Source: Escherichia coli
GTDB lineage: Bacteria; Pseudomonadota; Gammaproteobacteria; Enterobacterales; Enterobacteriaceae
Assembly (NCBI RefSeq): GCF_003018115.1
Contig: NZ_CP027457.1
Reading direction: 5' to 3' (one strand)
DNA: 64,000 nt
Below are positions 33,356 through 44,433 of this stretch, one piece after another; position 1 is the stretch's first letter, and each line of letters opens with the position of its first letter. The notes under the pieces are model-generated. The model made no database searches, was not told the origin of the DNA, and saw only the letters and a list, made by a program, of their open reading frames with translations. Both the position numbers and the translations under genes were made by a program.

Positions 33356-34378
33356 TCAGAAAGTAATTACACCCTTAATCAACTCACGATTGTTAATCAC
33401 ATCGCGCTCGTAGGTTTCTGCCAGCGTGGCGAACGGATAGCGATGGGTTAACATCATGTCGGCAGTGATTTTTCCTTCCGCCATCAGTCGACCGACTTTA
33501 GCAAAATCTTCCGGCGTGGCGTTGCGGCTGCCCATCATCGTCGTTTCTTTTTTATGGAATTCCGGATCGGAGAACTGCAACTCACCTTTAAACAGGCCGA
33601 CAAATACCACCGTGCCGCCGTGACGAATCAAATTCACGGTGTTATTCATCGCATGTTGATTACCTGTCGCGTCGATCACTTTCTGCGCCAGCGAACCACC
33701 AAACTGCGCCCGTAGCTGCGCGTCAAAATCTTCGGCTGACGGGTCCAGTAAAGGTAATTCCAGACGCGTTGCCACATGTTCACGGCGCGCCGGACTGGTA
33801 TCCGCCACCACCACCTGTGCGCCATCGGCTTTAGCGATTGCCGCCGCGCCCAGACCGATTGGCCCCGCCCCGACCACCAGCACCTGCTCGCCGGGAGCAA
33901 TGGCTGCGCGACGCACCGCATGAGCGCTAATAGCGAAAGGTTCAATCAATGCGGCCGCCTGCGGGTCAATACCGTCTGCGGGCAAAATGTTCGCCACCGG
34001 CACGCTCAAATACTCACTAAAACCGCCATCCTGATGCACGCCAATGACTGAAATTTTTTCACAGCAATTGGTACGCCCGCTTTTACACGCCGGGCATTGC
34101 TGACAGGCAACATAAGGGATCACAGCAACTTGCTGACCATTTTTAAGATCAGCAATATTTTTACCCAGCCCAACAATCTCCCCACATATTTCATGGCCTA
34201 AAACCCGTGGATAACTAAAAAATGGTTGATTTCCACCCCAGGCATGAATATCGGTACCGCAAATCCCGACAGACTTAATTTTTATTAATGCTTCATTGTC
34301 ACCCGGAATAGGTATCTCACGTTGTTTCCAGACTAATTCTTTCGGCTGCAGGCAAATTAAAACATTCATCGTAGACAT
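33356..34378 (-). CDS. lgoD: L-galactonate 5-dehydrogenase LgoD (zinc-dependent alcohol dehydrogenase family, 340 aa)
   Basis: ORF track; start at internal ATG giving MSTMNVLICLQPKEL; GHEICGEIV zinc motif and GAGPIGLG NAD motif. Confidence 0.92.
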   Translation of the reverse strand: MSTMNVLICLQPKELVWKQREIPIPGDNEALIKIKSVGICGTDIHAWGGNQPFFSYPRVLGHEICGEIVGLGKNIADLKNGQQVAVIPYVACQQCPACKSGRTNCCEKISVIGVHQDGGFSEYLSVPVANILPADGIDPQAAALIEPFAISAHAVRRAAIAPGEQVLVVGAGPIGLGAAAIAKADGAQVVVADTSPARREHVATRLELPLLDPSAEDFDAQLRAQFGGSLAQKVIDATGNQHAMNNTVNLIRHGGTVVFVGLFKGELQFSDPEFHKKETTMMGSRNATPEDFAKVGRLMAEGKITADMMLTHRYPFATLAETYERDVINNRELIKGVITF

Positions 34379-34516
34379 GATTCGGCTCTCCATTTTTTGT
34401 TGCCTTAGATATCAATGAAAATGAAAAATGGCAGCGGAACGGAAAATCTGTTTTGTGAAAACACACGCATAAAAATGTTTTAAATCGGGTTTTAATGGAC
34501 TCACAAGGAGGAAAAT

Positions 34517-35431
34517 ATGAGTCGTTCACAAAATTTACGCCACAATGTGATTAACCAGGTCATTGATGATATGGCGCGGGGTCATATCCCTTCCCCACTT
34601 CCATCGCAAAGTGCGCTGGCGGAAATGTACAACATCAGCCGCACTACAGTGCGTCATATTCTCAGCCACTTACGCGAATGCGGCGTCTTAACGCAGGTTG
34701 GAAACGACTATGTTATTGCGCGTAAACCTGACCATGATGACGGTTTCGCCTGTACTACCGCTTCAATGAGTGAACAAAACAAAGTGTTTGAGCAGGCTTT
34801 TTTCACGATGATAAACCAGCGTCAGTTACGCCCTGGGGAAACTTTTTCTGAACTGCAACTGGCTCGGGCCGCGGGTGTCAGCCCGGTGGTTGTAAGAGAA
34901 TATCTTTTAAAATTCGGCCGTTATAATCTTATTCAAAGCGAAAAGCGCGGCCAGTGGAGCATGAAGCAATTCGATCAATCCTACGCCGAGCAGCTGTTTG
35001 AGCTACGCGAAATGCTCGAAACACATTCACTTCAGCACTTTCTCAACCTGCCTGATCATGATCCCCGCTGGCTGCAGGCGAAAACCATGCTCGAACGTCA
35101 TCGGCTACTGCGTGACAACATCGGCAATAGCTTTCGCATGTTCTCGCAACTTGACAGAGATTTTCACTCCTTACTGCTTTCAGCTGCCGACAATATCTTT
35201 TTTGATCAATCGCTTGAGATCATCTCAGTCATCTTTCATTTTCACTATCAATGGGACGAAAGCGATCTTAAACAGCGCAATATCATTGCCGTCGATGAGC
35301 ATATGACCATTCTCAGCGCTCTGATTTGCCGCAGTGACCTTGATGCCACCCTTGCGCTCCGTAACCATTTGAATTCAGCGAAACAATCAATGATTCGATC
35401 CATTAATGAGAACACGCGTTATGCTCATTAA
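34517..35431 (+). CDS. lgoR: GntR/FadR-family regulator LgoR (304 aa)
   Basis: ORF track 304 aa; N-terminal winged HTH, duplicated FCD-like domains. Confidence 0.9.
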   Translation: MSRSQNLRHNVINQVIDDMARGHIPSPLPSQSALAEMYNISRTTVRHILSHLRECGVLTQVGNDYVIARKPDHDDGFACTTASMSEQNKVFEQAFFTMINQRQLRPGETFSELQLARAAGVSPVVVREYLLKFGRYNLIQSEKRGQWSMKQFDQSYAEQLFELREMLETHSLQHFLNLPDHDPRWLQAKTMLERHRLLRDNIGNSFRMFSQLDRDFHSLLLSAADNIFFDQSLEIISVIFHFHYQWDESDLKQRNIIAVDEHMTILSALICRSDLDATLALRNHLNSAKQSMIRSINENTRYAH

Positions 35432-35645
35432 GTACGGATTAAAAACAGCAAACTATTAGCGGGTGCACGGTTTTATCAAAAGATAAATACCGGGAAATTC
35501 CCGCTTACCTATGCTCACAATCAGTCGACTAAAAATGTTTTTGTGAGCGGTAGTAAAGTCCTAAAACTTTAACCTGCCGTTAATGTCAACCTTGCGTAAT
35601 GCACCATTACGTAAACAATTAAAATTATAAATACAGGAGTCCGGC

Positions 35646-37007
35646 GTGGAAAAAGAAAATATCACCCTCGATCCGCGTTCTTCATTTACTCCATCTTCGT
35701 CGGCAGATATTCCCGTGCCACCAGATGGATTAGTTCAACGCAGTACCCGAATTAAACGCATTCAAACCACCGCCATGTTGTTATTATTTTTTGCGGCGGT
35801 AATCAATTATCTCGACCGCAGTTCGCTGTCGGTAGCAAATTTAACGATTCGTGAAGAATTGGGATTAAGTGCCACCGAAATCGGCGCTTTGCTCTCCGTG
35901 TTTTCACTCGCTTACGGCATTGCGCAACTTCCTTGCGGCCCACTATTAGATCGTAAAGGCCCACGCCTGATGCTGGGACTGGGGATGTTCTTCTGGTCAC
36001 TGTTCCAGGCCATGTCTGGCATGGTGCACAGCTTTACGCAGTTCGTGTTGGTGCGTATCGGTATGGGGATTGGTGAAGCGCCGATGAACCCATGCGGTGT
36101 AAAAGTCATTAACGACTGGTTCAACATCAAAGAGCGCGGACGCCCGATGGGCTTCTTCAACGCAGCTTCTACCATTGGCGTTGCCGTAAGCCCACCGATT
36201 CTGGCGGCGATGATGCTGGTGATGGGCTGGCGCGGGATGTTTATTACCATTGGTGTACTGGGGATTTTTCTCGCCATCGGCTGGTATATGCTCTATCGCA
36301 ACCGCGAGCACGTAGAACTGACTGCCGTTGAACAAGCTTATCTCAATGCAGGTAGCGTCAATGCCCGCCGAGATCCGCTCAGTTTTGCCGAATGGCGCAG
36401 CCTGTTCCGTAACCGCACAATGTGGGGAATGATGCTCGGATTCAGTGGCATCAACTACACTGCGTGGCTGTACCTAGCCTGGCTTCCTGGTTACCTGCAA
36501 ACAGCCTATAACCTGGATTTAAAAAGCACAGGGTTGATGGCGGCTATCCCTTTCCTGTTTGGGGCTGCCGGGATGCTGGTCAACGGCTACGTTACTGACT
36601 GGCTGGTCAAAGGGGGAATGGCTCCGATTAAAAGCCGTAAGATCTGCATTATTGCCGGGATGTTCTGTTCTGCCGCCTTTACGCTGATAGTACCACAAGC
36701 GACAACATCCATGATGGCGGTTCTGCTGATTGGCATGGCACTGTTCTGTATTCACTTTGCCGGAACATCCTGCTGGGGCTTGATCCACGTCGCAGTTGCT
36801 TCTCGCATGACTGCGTCGGTGGGCAGTATCCAGAACTTTGCCAGCTTCATCTGCGCCTCTTTCGCGCCGATCATTACTGGTTTTATTGTTGATACAACCC
36901 ACTCATTCCGTCTGGCACTAATCATTTGCGGTTGCGTCACCGCAGCGGGAGCACTGGCGTACATCTTCCTGGTTCGTCAGCCGATCAACGACCCGCGTAA
37001 AGATTAA
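35646..37007 (+). CDS. lgoT: MFS L-galactonate:H+ symporter LgoT (453 aa, GTG start)
   Basis: ORF track 453 aa; 12-TM MFS pattern. Confidence 0.92.
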   Translation: MEKENITLDPRSSFTPSSSADIPVPPDGLVQRSTRIKRIQTTAMLLLFFAAVINYLDRSSLSVANLTIREELGLSATEIGALLSVFSLAYGIAQLPCGPLLDRKGPRLMLGLGMFFWSLFQAMSGMVHSFTQFVLVRIGMGIGEAPMNPCGVKVINDWFNIKERGRPMGFFNAASTIGVAVSPPILAAMMLVMGWRGMFITIGVLGIFLAIGWYMLYRNREHVELTAVEQAYLNAGSVNARRDPLSFAEWRSLFRNRTMWGMMLGFSGINYTAWLYLAWLPGYLQTAYNLDLKSTGLMAAIPFLFGAAGMLVNGYVTDWLVKGGMAPIKSRKICIIAGMFCSAAFTLIVPQATTSMMAVLLIGMALFCIHFAGTSCWGLIHVAVASRMTASVGSIQNFASFICASFAPIITGFIVDTTHSFRLALIICGCVTAAGALAYIFLVRQPINDPRKD

Positions 37008-37016
37008 ACTCCCTAT

Positions 37017-37048
37017 GCCCGATAACATTTTGCTTATCGGGCATTTTT
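37017..37048 (+). terminator. rho-independent terminator between convergent lgoT and tsr
   Basis: GCCCGATAA / TTATCGGGC stem (37017-37025 / 37034-37042) followed by TTTTT. Confidence 0.7.
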
Positions 37049-37055
37049 ATGGCGA

Positions 37056-38720
37056 TTAAAACGTTTCCCAGTTCTCCCCGCTATCTGCCACTGCCATTTT
37101 ACGCGGCGTAGCTGGCGTCACGGTTTTTACCACAGCCGATGTTTCACGCTGCTGTTGCTGCTGTTGCTGAATCCGGAACACTGCCACAGCTTCGGTCAGG
37201 CGACTGGCCTGCTCTTCCAGCGCGGCGGCGGCGGCGGCAGATTCTTCCACCAGCGCGGCGTTCTGTTGAGTTACCCGGTCCATCTCAGCAACCGCTAAGC
37301 CAACCTGATCGATACCACGGCTCTGCTCATCAGAAGCAGAAGCTATTTCGCCCATAATGTCCGTCACGCGGGTCACAGCACTGACAATCTCCGCCATTGT
37401 TTCCCCGGCGCTTTCGACCAGCGTAGAGCCAACATCCACTTTCCCCACCGAGTCTTCAATCAGGCTTTTAATTTCACGAGCCGCCTGGGCGCTACGCTGG
37501 GCCAGATTACGCACTTCTCCCGCAACCACCGCAAAACCACGTCCTTGCTCACCCGCACGCGCTGCTTCAACCGCCGCGTTCAAAGCCAGAATATTGGTCT
37601 GGAAGGCAATGCCGTCAATTACGCTGATAATATCGGCGATTTTCTGCGAACTGGTGGAGATATCACGCATAGTCTGCACCACGTTATCTACCACTTTGCC
37701 GCCGCGTTGCGCCGTTTCAGAAGCACTTAACGCCAGGTGGCTGGCCTGGCGCGCATTCTCGGCGTTCTGTTTCACCGTTGCGGTCAGTTGCTCCATGCTG
37801 GCTGCCGTCTCTTCCAGCGAAGCGGCCTGTTGCTCGGTGCGCGAAGAGAGATCGTTATTGCCGGTGGCGATTTCGCTGGCACCGCTATAAATGGCATTGG
37901 CCCCGTTGCGCACATCACCGACGGTACGCATCAGCTCTCCCTGCATATGGCGCAAACTCTCTGCCAGTTGCCCCATCTCATTAGAGCCATCCACCTCAAT
38001 CGGTTTCACCAGATCGCCGCCTGCAATATGACGAATGCTGTCAATCAGGCGATTCATTGGCGCTACCAGCGAGGCTTTAATACCGAACCAGACGGCGAAG
38101 ATGACCGCCAGTACGACGATCATCACGCCCACCAGAATCCACATCGCCTGGCTGTAGGAGGCATTGTTATCGCTGACGGCGATATCATAGAGCCGATCGT
38201 TTTGCTCCATGTAAGCCACATACTGCTTCTCGAAACCGTCTTGATATCCCTGAGTCGGCTGATCAAAGAACTCGTTGATTTTGCCTGCACCTAACAGTTG
38301 GATCAGCTCCGCCAGCGCATTGTGATAAATATCGTAATTACGTTTGATCTCTGCCGCTGCGGCGGTGCTCTGACGCGGGTCACGCGGCAACGCTTCGTAA
38401 TCCGCCCAGTTTTTTTCCGCCTGTTTCAGCGAAATACTGGCACTCTGCATCAGCTCAGCAACGGTTGAACCGCTACCAATATTATTCTGATCCATCATGT
38501 AGCGGATACCCGCGCGGTTGAGGGTGTTACGCGTCTGCAACAACGCGACCCAGCTGCCATTCAGCGTGGATTGCTGCTGGCGAATGGTTTGTAAAACAGT
38601 GAAATTTTCTTTGTCATTCTTTAAGGCATTAAAGAACAGACCGCCTGATGTCAGTTGTAAAAGGCCAAAAACGGCCAAAACCAGCAGTAAGCTGGTCACG
38701 ATCTTGATACGTTTTAACAT
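37056..38720 (-). CDS. tsr: serine methyl-accepting chemotaxis protein Tsr (554 aa)
   Basis: ORF track; periplasmic domain, HAMP, methylation sites, C-terminal NWETF pentapeptide. Confidence 0.95.
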   Translation of the reverse strand: MLKRIKIVTSLLLVLAVFGLLQLTSGGLFFNALKNDKENFTVLQTIRQQQSTLNGSWVALLQTRNTLNRAGIRYMMDQNNIGSGSTVAELMQSASISLKQAEKNWADYEALPRDPRQSTAAAAEIKRNYDIYHNALAELIQLLGAGKINEFFDQPTQGYQDGFEKQYVAYMEQNDRLYDIAVSDNNASYSQAMWILVGVMIVVLAVIFAVWFGIKASLVAPMNRLIDSIRHIAGGDLVKPIEVDGSNEMGQLAESLRHMQGELMRTVGDVRNGANAIYSGASEIATGNNDLSSRTEQQAASLEETAASMEQLTATVKQNAENARQASHLALSASETAQRGGKVVDNVVQTMRDISTSSQKIADIISVIDGIAFQTNILALNAAVEAARAGEQGRGFAVVAGEVRNLAQRSAQAAREIKSLIEDSVGKVDVGSTLVESAGETMAEIVSAVTRVTDIMGEIASASDEQSRGIDQVGLAVAEMDRVTQQNAALVEESAAAAAALEEQASRLTEAVAVFRIQQQQQQQRETSAVVKTVTPATPRKMAVADSGENWETF

Positions 38721-38838
38721 GGTTTCTCTTTCCTGTGGACCGATGCAAGATTTTCGGCCTGGAAAGCAAAAACTTTATGAAAAGGTGTAACCCGCCATCC
38801 ATGGAAAAACCAGGCGCTGGTTATCAGATACTAAAAAG

Positions 38839-39285
38839 TTATTCATTATCGCCCGGGATGTCTTCTTGTCGGGAATTGCCCAGAGCAATAAATTCCTCTA
38901 ACAGATGGGTTAACTGTTGCATTTTCTCGGCAGTAAACTGAGCTTCAATCTGCCGATAGGCTTCTTCAATCTGTGTCTGGGCGCGGTTATACAGCGCCTG
39001 CCCCTCTTTGGTTAGCGAGATATAGAGCTTCCGCTGATCATTGATCGGCTTTAATCGCAACACTAAACCGTCGCGTTCCATCCGCGTGAGGATCCCGGTC
39101 AGGCTTGGGCGCAAAATGCAGGCGCGATACGCCAGATCGTGAAAATCCATTGATGGGCTTTCCGCCAGAATACGCACGATGCGCCACTGTTGCTCAGTCA
39201 AATTATGCCGTTTAACGATTGGGCGAAAATAACTCATCGCCGCTTCTCGCGCCTGGAGCAACGCAATGGTTAGTGAGTCGTGCAT
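38839..39285 (-). CDS. hpaR: MarR-family repressor HpaR of the hpa meta-cleavage operon (148 aa)
   Basis: ORF track; start at internal ATG giving MHDSLTIALLQAREAAMSYFRP; MarR winged HTH. Confidence 0.88.
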   Translation of the reverse strand: MHDSLTIALLQAREAAMSYFRPIVKRHNLTEQQWRIVRILAESPSMDFHDLAYRACILRPSLTGILTRMERDGLVLRLKPINDQRKLYISLTKEGQALYNRAQTQIEEAYRQIEAQFTAEKMQQLTHLLEEFIALGNSRQEDIPGDNE

Positions 39286-39507
39286 TATCTTTCCCCTGAA
39301 AAATTCAAAATCATTAATATAGAAACAGTTAATCGTCACGTTACCGGGACTGCGCTGTCCCTGCAATTCCTGATTTTATCAAAATTGATGATATTTTATT
39401 AACTTACTGATATTTAATATTTTATTATCTTTAAATGTAAATAGTTTGTTAATTAGATCACATTTATATCACTTACTTTTGCCAAACTACGCAATCGGGA
39501 ATAAAAG

Positions 39508-39531
39508 TAATCATTAACATATTAATGATTA
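39508..39531. promoter_or_regulatory. perfect inverted repeat in the hpaG promoter region, candidate HpaR operator
   Basis: TAATCATTAA-CATA-TTAATGATTA, 26 bp upstream of the hpaG ATG; related half-site AAAATCATTAATAT at 39307-39320 near the hpaR start. Confidence 0.5.
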
Positions 39532-39556
39532 AGATGATCGAATCCGAGGAGTGGTA

Positions 39557-40846
39557 ATGAAAGGCACTATCTTCGCCGTAGCATTGAACCATCGCAGCCA
39601 ACTTGATGCCTGGCAGGAAGCGTTCCAGCAATCTCCCTACAAAGCCCCGCCTAAAACTGCGGTCTGGTTTATTAAACCGCGCAATACGGTGATTGGTTGC
39701 GGTGAACCGATTCCCTTTCCACAGGGTGAAAAGGTACTGAGCGGTGCGACAGTTGCGCTGATTGTGGGAAAAACGGCGACGAAAGTACGTGAAGAAGATG
39801 CGGCAGAGTACATCGCCGGATATGCGCTGGCTAACGACGTCAGCCTGCCGGAAGAGAGCTTTTACCGCCCGGCAATCAAAGCAAAATGTCGTGATGGATT
39901 CTGCCCCATTGGCGAAACCGTGGCTCTCAGCAATGTCGATAATCTGACTATCTATACCGAGATCAACGGGCGTCCTGCCGATCACTGGAATACCGCCGAT
40001 TTACAACGTAACGCCGCACAGCTGCTGAGCGCCCTGAGCGAATTTGCCACGCTAAATCCAGGCGATGCCATTCTGCTCGGCACGCCACAGGCGCGCGTGG
40101 AAATACAGCCAGGCGATCGCGTGCGTATTCTCGCAGAAGGTTTCCCGCCGCTGGAAAATCCGGTAGTGGACGAACGTGAAGTGACCACGCGCAAGAGCTT
40201 CCCAACGCTGCCACACCCGCACGGTACGCTGTTTGCCCTCGGCCTGAACTACGCCGACCACGCCAGCGAACTGGAATTTAAGCCACCGGAAGAGCCGCTG
40301 GTGTTCCTGAAAGCGCCGAATACCCTCACTGGCCATAACCAGACCTCCGTGCGCCCGAACAATATTGAATACATGCACTACGAAGCGGAGCTGGTGGTAG
40401 TTATTGGCAAGCAGGCGCGTAACGTCAGCGAAGCCGATGCCATGGATTATGTCGCGGGCTACACCGTGTGTAACGACTACGCCATTCGCGACTATCTGGA
40501 AAACTACTACCGCCCTAACCTGCGGGTCAAAAGCCGCGACGGACTGACGCCGATGCTTTCAATCATCGTGCCGAAAGAGGCGATCCCGGACCCGCATAAT
40601 CTGACCCTTCGCACCTTCGTCAACGGCGAGTTACGCCAGCAAGGCACCACCGCCGATCTGATCTTCAGCGTGCCCTTCCTGATCGCCTACTTAAGCGAAT
40701 TTATGACCCTGAATCCGGGCGACATGATCGCCACCGGCACACCAAAAGGCTTATCTGACGTGGTGCCTGGCGATGAAGTAGTGGTAGAAGTAGAAGGCGT
40801 GGGCCGCCTGGTGAACCGAATTGTGAGTGAGGAAACAGCGAAATGA
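39557..40846 (+). CDS. hpaG: bifunctional 5-oxopent-3-ene-1,2,5-tricarboxylate decarboxylase / 2-hydroxyhepta-2,4-diene-1,7-dioate isomerase HpaG (429 aa)
   Basis: ORF track; ATG 39557 preceded by GAGGA; two FAH-fold repeats. Confidence 0.92.
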   Translation: MKGTIFAVALNHRSQLDAWQEAFQQSPYKAPPKTAVWFIKPRNTVIGCGEPIPFPQGEKVLSGATVALIVGKTATKVREEDAAEYIAGYALANDVSLPEESFYRPAIKAKCRDGFCPIGETVALSNVDNLTIYTEINGRPADHWNTADLQRNAAQLLSALSEFATLNPGDAILLGTPQARVEIQPGDRVRILAEGFPPLENPVVDEREVTTRKSFPTLPHPHGTLFALGLNYADHASELEFKPPEEPLVFLKAPNTLTGHNQTSVRPNNIEYMHYEAELVVVIGKQARNVSEADAMDYVAGYTVCNDYAIRDYLENYYRPNLRVKSRDGLTPMLSIIVPKEAIPDPHNLTLRTFVNGELRQQGTTADLIFSVPFLIAYLSEFMTLNPGDMIATGTPKGLSDVVPGDEVVVEVEGVGRLVNRIVSEETAK

Positions 40847-42309
40847 AAAAAGTAAATCATTGGATCAACGGCAAAAATGTTGCAGGTAACGACTACTTCC
40901 AGACCACCAATCCGGCAACGGGTGAAGTGCTGGCGGATGTGGCCTCTGGCGGTGAAGCGGAGATCAATCAGGCGGTAGCGGCAGCGAAAGAGGCGTTCCC
41001 GAAATGGGCCAATCTGCCGATGAAAGAGCGTGCGCGCCTGATGCGCCGTCTGGGCGATCTGATCGACCAGAACGTGCCTGAGATCGCCGCGATGGAAACC
41101 GCGGACACGGGCCTGCCGATCCATCAGACCAAAAATGTGTTGATCCCACGCGCTTCTCACAACTTTGAATTTTTCGCGGAAGTCTGCCAGCAGATGAACG
41201 GCAAGACCTATCCGGTTGACGACAAGATGCTCAACTACACGCTGGTGCAACCGGTAGGCGTTTGTGCGCTGGTGTCACCGTGGAACGTGCCGTTTATGAC
41301 CGCCACCTGGAAGGTCGCGCCGTGTCTTGCGCTGGGCAATACCGCGGTGCTGAAGATGTCGGAACTCTCCCCGCTGACCGCTGACCGCCTGGGTGAGCTG
41401 GCGCTGGAAGCCGGTATTCCGGCGGGCGTGCTGAACGTGGTACAGGGCTACGGCGCAACCGCAGGGGATGCGCTGGTTCGTCATCATGACGTACGTGCCG
41501 TGTCGTTCACCGGCGGTACGGCCACCGGGCGCAACATCATGAAAAACGCCGGGCTGAAAAAATACTCCATGGAACTGGGCGGTAAATCGCCGGTGCTGAT
41601 TTTTGAAGATGCCGATATTGAACGCGCGCTGGACGCTGCCCTGTTCACCATCTTCTCAATCAACGGCGAACGCTGCACCGCCGGTTCGCGCATTTTTATT
41701 CAACAGAGCATCTATCCAGAATTCGTTAAACGCTTTGCCGAACGCGCCAACCGTCTGCGCGTGGGCGATCCGACCGATCCGAATACCCAGGTTGGGGCGC
41801 TTATCAGCCAGCAGCACTGGGAAAAAGTCTCCGGCTATATCCGTCTCGGCATTGAAGAAGGCGCAACCCTGCTGGCGGGCGGCCCGGATAAACCGTCCGA
41901 CCTGCCTGCGCACCTGAAAGGCGGCAACTTCCTGCGCCCAACCGTGCTGGCAGACGTTGATAACCGTATGCGAGTCGCCCAGGAAGAGATTTTCGGGCCG
42001 GTCGCCTGCCTGCTGCCGTTTAAAGACGAAGCCGAAGGCTTACGTCTGGCAAACGACGTGGAGTACGGCCTCGCGTCGTACATCTGGACGCAGGATGTCA
42101 GCAAAGTGTTACGCCTGGCGCGTGGCATTGAAGCTGGCATGGTGTTCGTCAACACCCAGAACGTGCGTGACCTGCGCCAGCCATTTGGCGGCGTAAAAGC
42201 CTCCGGCACCGGGCGTGAAGGCGGTGAGTACAGCTTCGAAGTGTTCGCGGAAATGAAGAACGTCTGCATTTCCATGGGCGACCATCCAATTCCGAAATGG
42301 GGAGTCTGA
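40843..42309 (+). CDS. hpaE: 5-carboxymethyl-2-hydroxymuconate semialdehyde dehydrogenase HpaE (488 aa)
   Basis: ORF track; aldehyde dehydrogenase active-site region ERCTAGSR; ATGA overlap with hpaG. Confidence 0.93.
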   Translation: MKKVNHWINGKNVAGNDYFQTTNPATGEVLADVASGGEAEINQAVAAAKEAFPKWANLPMKERARLMRRLGDLIDQNVPEIAAMETADTGLPIHQTKNVLIPRASHNFEFFAEVCQQMNGKTYPVDDKMLNYTLVQPVGVCALVSPWNVPFMTATWKVAPCLALGNTAVLKMSELSPLTADRLGELALEAGIPAGVLNVVQGYGATAGDALVRHHDVRAVSFTGGTATGRNIMKNAGLKKYSMELGGKSPVLIFEDADIERALDAALFTIFSINGERCTAGSRIFIQQSIYPEFVKRFAERANRLRVGDPTDPNTQVGALISQQHWEKVSGYIRLGIEEGATLLAGGPDKPSDLPAHLKGGNFLRPTVLADVDNRMRVAQEEIFGPVACLLPFKDEAEGLRLANDVEYGLASYIWTQDVSKVLRLARGIEAGMVFVNTQNVRDLRQPFGGVKASGTGREGGEYSFEVFAEMKNVCISMGDHPIPKWGV

Positions 42310-42310
42310 T

Positions 42311-43162
42311 ATGGGTAAGTTAGCGTTAGCCGCCAAGATCACGCACGTACCGTCGATGTATCTCTCTGAACTGCCAGGGAAAAACCACGGTTGCCGCCAG
42401 GGCGCGATCGACGGGCATAAAGAGATCAGCAAGCGTTGCCGGGAAATGGGCGTCGATACCATTATCGTTTTCGATACCCACTGGCTGGTCAACAGTGCTT
42501 ATCACATCAACTGTGCAGACCATTTTGAAGGCGTCTACACCAGCAACGAGCTGCCGCATTTTATCCGCGATATGACCTACAACTACGAGGGCAACCCGGA
42601 GTTGGGGCAGCTTATTGCCGATGAAGCCTTAAAGCTCGGCGTGCGGGCAAAAGCGCACAACATTCCCAGCCTGAAACTGGAATACGGCACGCTGGTGCCA
42701 ATGCGCTACATGAATGAAGACAAGCACTTCAAAGTGGTTTCCATTTCAGCTTTCTGCACTGTTCACGATTTTGCCGACAGCCGCAAGCTGGGCGAGGCTA
42801 TTCTGAAAGCGATCGAACAGTACGACGGCACCGTGGCGGTCCTTGCCAGCGGTTCGTTATCGCACCGCTTTATTGACGATCAGCGAGCGGAAGAAGGGAT
42901 GAACAGCTACACCCGCGAGTTCGACCGCCAGATGGACGAGCGCGTGGTGAAGCTGTGGCGCGAAGGCCAGTTCAACGAGTTCTGCAATATGCTGCCGGAG
43001 TATGCCGACTACTGCTACGGCGAAGGCAATATGCACGACACGGTGATGCTGCTGGGGATGCTCGGCTGGGATAAATACGACGGCAAGGTGGAGTTTATCA
43101 CCGAGCTATTCCCAAGCTCTGGCACCGGTCAGGTTAACGCTGTTTTCCCGCTTCCCGCGTAA
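42311..43162 (+). CDS. hpaD: 3,4-dihydroxyphenylacetate 2,3-dioxygenase HpaD (283 aa)
   Basis: ORF track 283 aa; position within the hpa operon. Confidence 0.92.
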   Translation: MGKLALAAKITHVPSMYLSELPGKNHGCRQGAIDGHKEISKRCREMGVDTIIVFDTHWLVNSAYHINCADHFEGVYTSNELPHFIRDMTYNYEGNPELGQLIADEALKLGVRAKAHNIPSLKLEYGTLVPMRYMNEDKHFKVVSISAFCTVHDFADSRKLGEAILKAIEQYDGTVAVLASGSLSHRFIDDQRAEEGMNSYTREFDRQMDERVVKLWREGQFNEFCNMLPEYADYCYGEGNMHDTVMLLGMLGWDKYDGKVEFITELFPSSGTGQVNAVFPLPA

Positions 43163-43171
43163 GGACGTTTT

Positions 43172-43552
43172 ATGCCGCACTTTATCGTGGAATGTACTGA
43201 AAATATTCGTGAAGAAGCCCGCTTACCTGAGCTGTTTGCCAGTGTTAACACTGCACTGGCGGCAACGGGGATTTTTCCGCTTGGGGGAATACGTAGCCGG
43301 GCGCACTGGATCGATACCTGGCAAATGGCTGATGGCAAGCACGATTACGCCTTTGTGCATATGACGCTAAAAATCGGCAGCGGACGCAGTCTGGAAAGCC
43401 GTCAGGAAGTAGGCGAAATGCTGTTTGATCTGATTAAAACGCACTTCGCCTCACTGATGGAGAGCCGTTACCTGGCGCTTTCATTTGAGATTGCAGAGCT
43501 GCACCCGACGTTGAATTTCAAACAGAACAACGTACACGCGTTGTTTAAATAA
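43172..43552 (+). CDS. hpaF: 5-carboxymethyl-2-hydroxymuconate isomerase HpaF (126 aa)
   Basis: ORF track 126 aa, starts MPHFIVECT. Confidence 0.9.
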   Translation: MPHFIVECTENIREEARLPELFASVNTALAATGIFPLGGIRSRAHWIDTWQMADGKHDYAFVHMTLKIGSGRSLESRQEVGEMLFDLIKTHFASLMESRYLALSFEIAELHPTLNFKQNNVHALFK

Positions 43553-43619
43553 ATTTGCACCAGCTTCCAGGCCGGATGATAAGGCGCAGCCGCATCCGGC
43601 AATGCCACAGGATATCGCT

Positions 43620-44423
43620 ATGTTCGATAAACACACCCACACCCTGATCGCCCAGCGTCTGGATCAGGCAGAAAAACAGCGCGAACAGATCCGCGCGATC
43701 TCGCTGGATTACCCGGAGATCACCATCGAAGACGCTTACGCGGTGCAGCGCGAATGGGTTCGCCTGAAAATAGCCGAAGGCCGTACGCTGAAAGGCCACA
43801 AAATCGGACTGACCTCGAAAGCGATGCAGGCCAGCTCACAGATCAGCGAACCAGATTACGGTGCATTGCTGGACGACATGTTCTTCCACGATGGCAGCGA
43901 TATCCCGACCGATCGCTTTATCGTACCGCGCATTGAAGTGGAGCTGGCTTTTGTGCTGGCAAAACCGCTGCGTGGGCCAAACTGCACGCTGTTCGACGTT
44001 TACAACGCCACGGACTATGTGATCCCGGCGCTGGAGCTGATCGACGCTCGCTGCCACAACATCGATCCGGAAACTCAGCGCCCGCGCAAAGTGTTCGACA
44101 CCATTTCTGATAACGCCGCCAACGCCGGAGTGATCCTCGGAGGTCGTCCGATCAAACCAGACGAACTGGATCTGCGTTGGATCTCCGCCCTCATGTATCG
44201 CAATGGCGTGATTGAAGAAACCGGCGTCGCCGCTGGCGTGCTGAATCACCCGGCAAACGGCGTGGCCTGGCTGGCGAACAAACTCGCACCGTATGACGTA
44301 CAACTGGAAGCCGGGCAAATCATTCTCGGTGGTTCGTTTACCCGCCCGGTTCCGGCGCGTAAGGGCGACACCTTCCACGTCGATTACGGCAACATGGGCT
44401 CCATTAGCTGCCGCTTTGTTTAA
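43620..44423 (+). CDS. hpaH: 2-oxo-hept-4-ene-1,7-dioate hydratase HpaH (267 aa)
   Basis: ORF track; start at internal ATG giving [20 protein letters not shown]. Confidence 0.9.
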   Translation: MFDKHTHTLIAQRLDQAEKQREQIRAISLDYPEITIEDAYAVQREWVRLKIAEGRTLKGHKIGLTSKAMQASSQISEPDYGALLDDMFFHDGSDIPTDRFIVPRIEVELAFVLAKPLRGPNCTLFDVYNATDYVIPALELIDARCHNIDPETQRPRKVFDTISDNAANAGVILGGRPIKPDELDLRWISALMYRNGVIEETGVAAGVLNHPANGVAWLANKLAPYDVQLEAGQIILGGSFTRPVPARKGDTFHVDYGNMGSISCRFV

Positions 44424-44433
44424 GGAGAGAACG

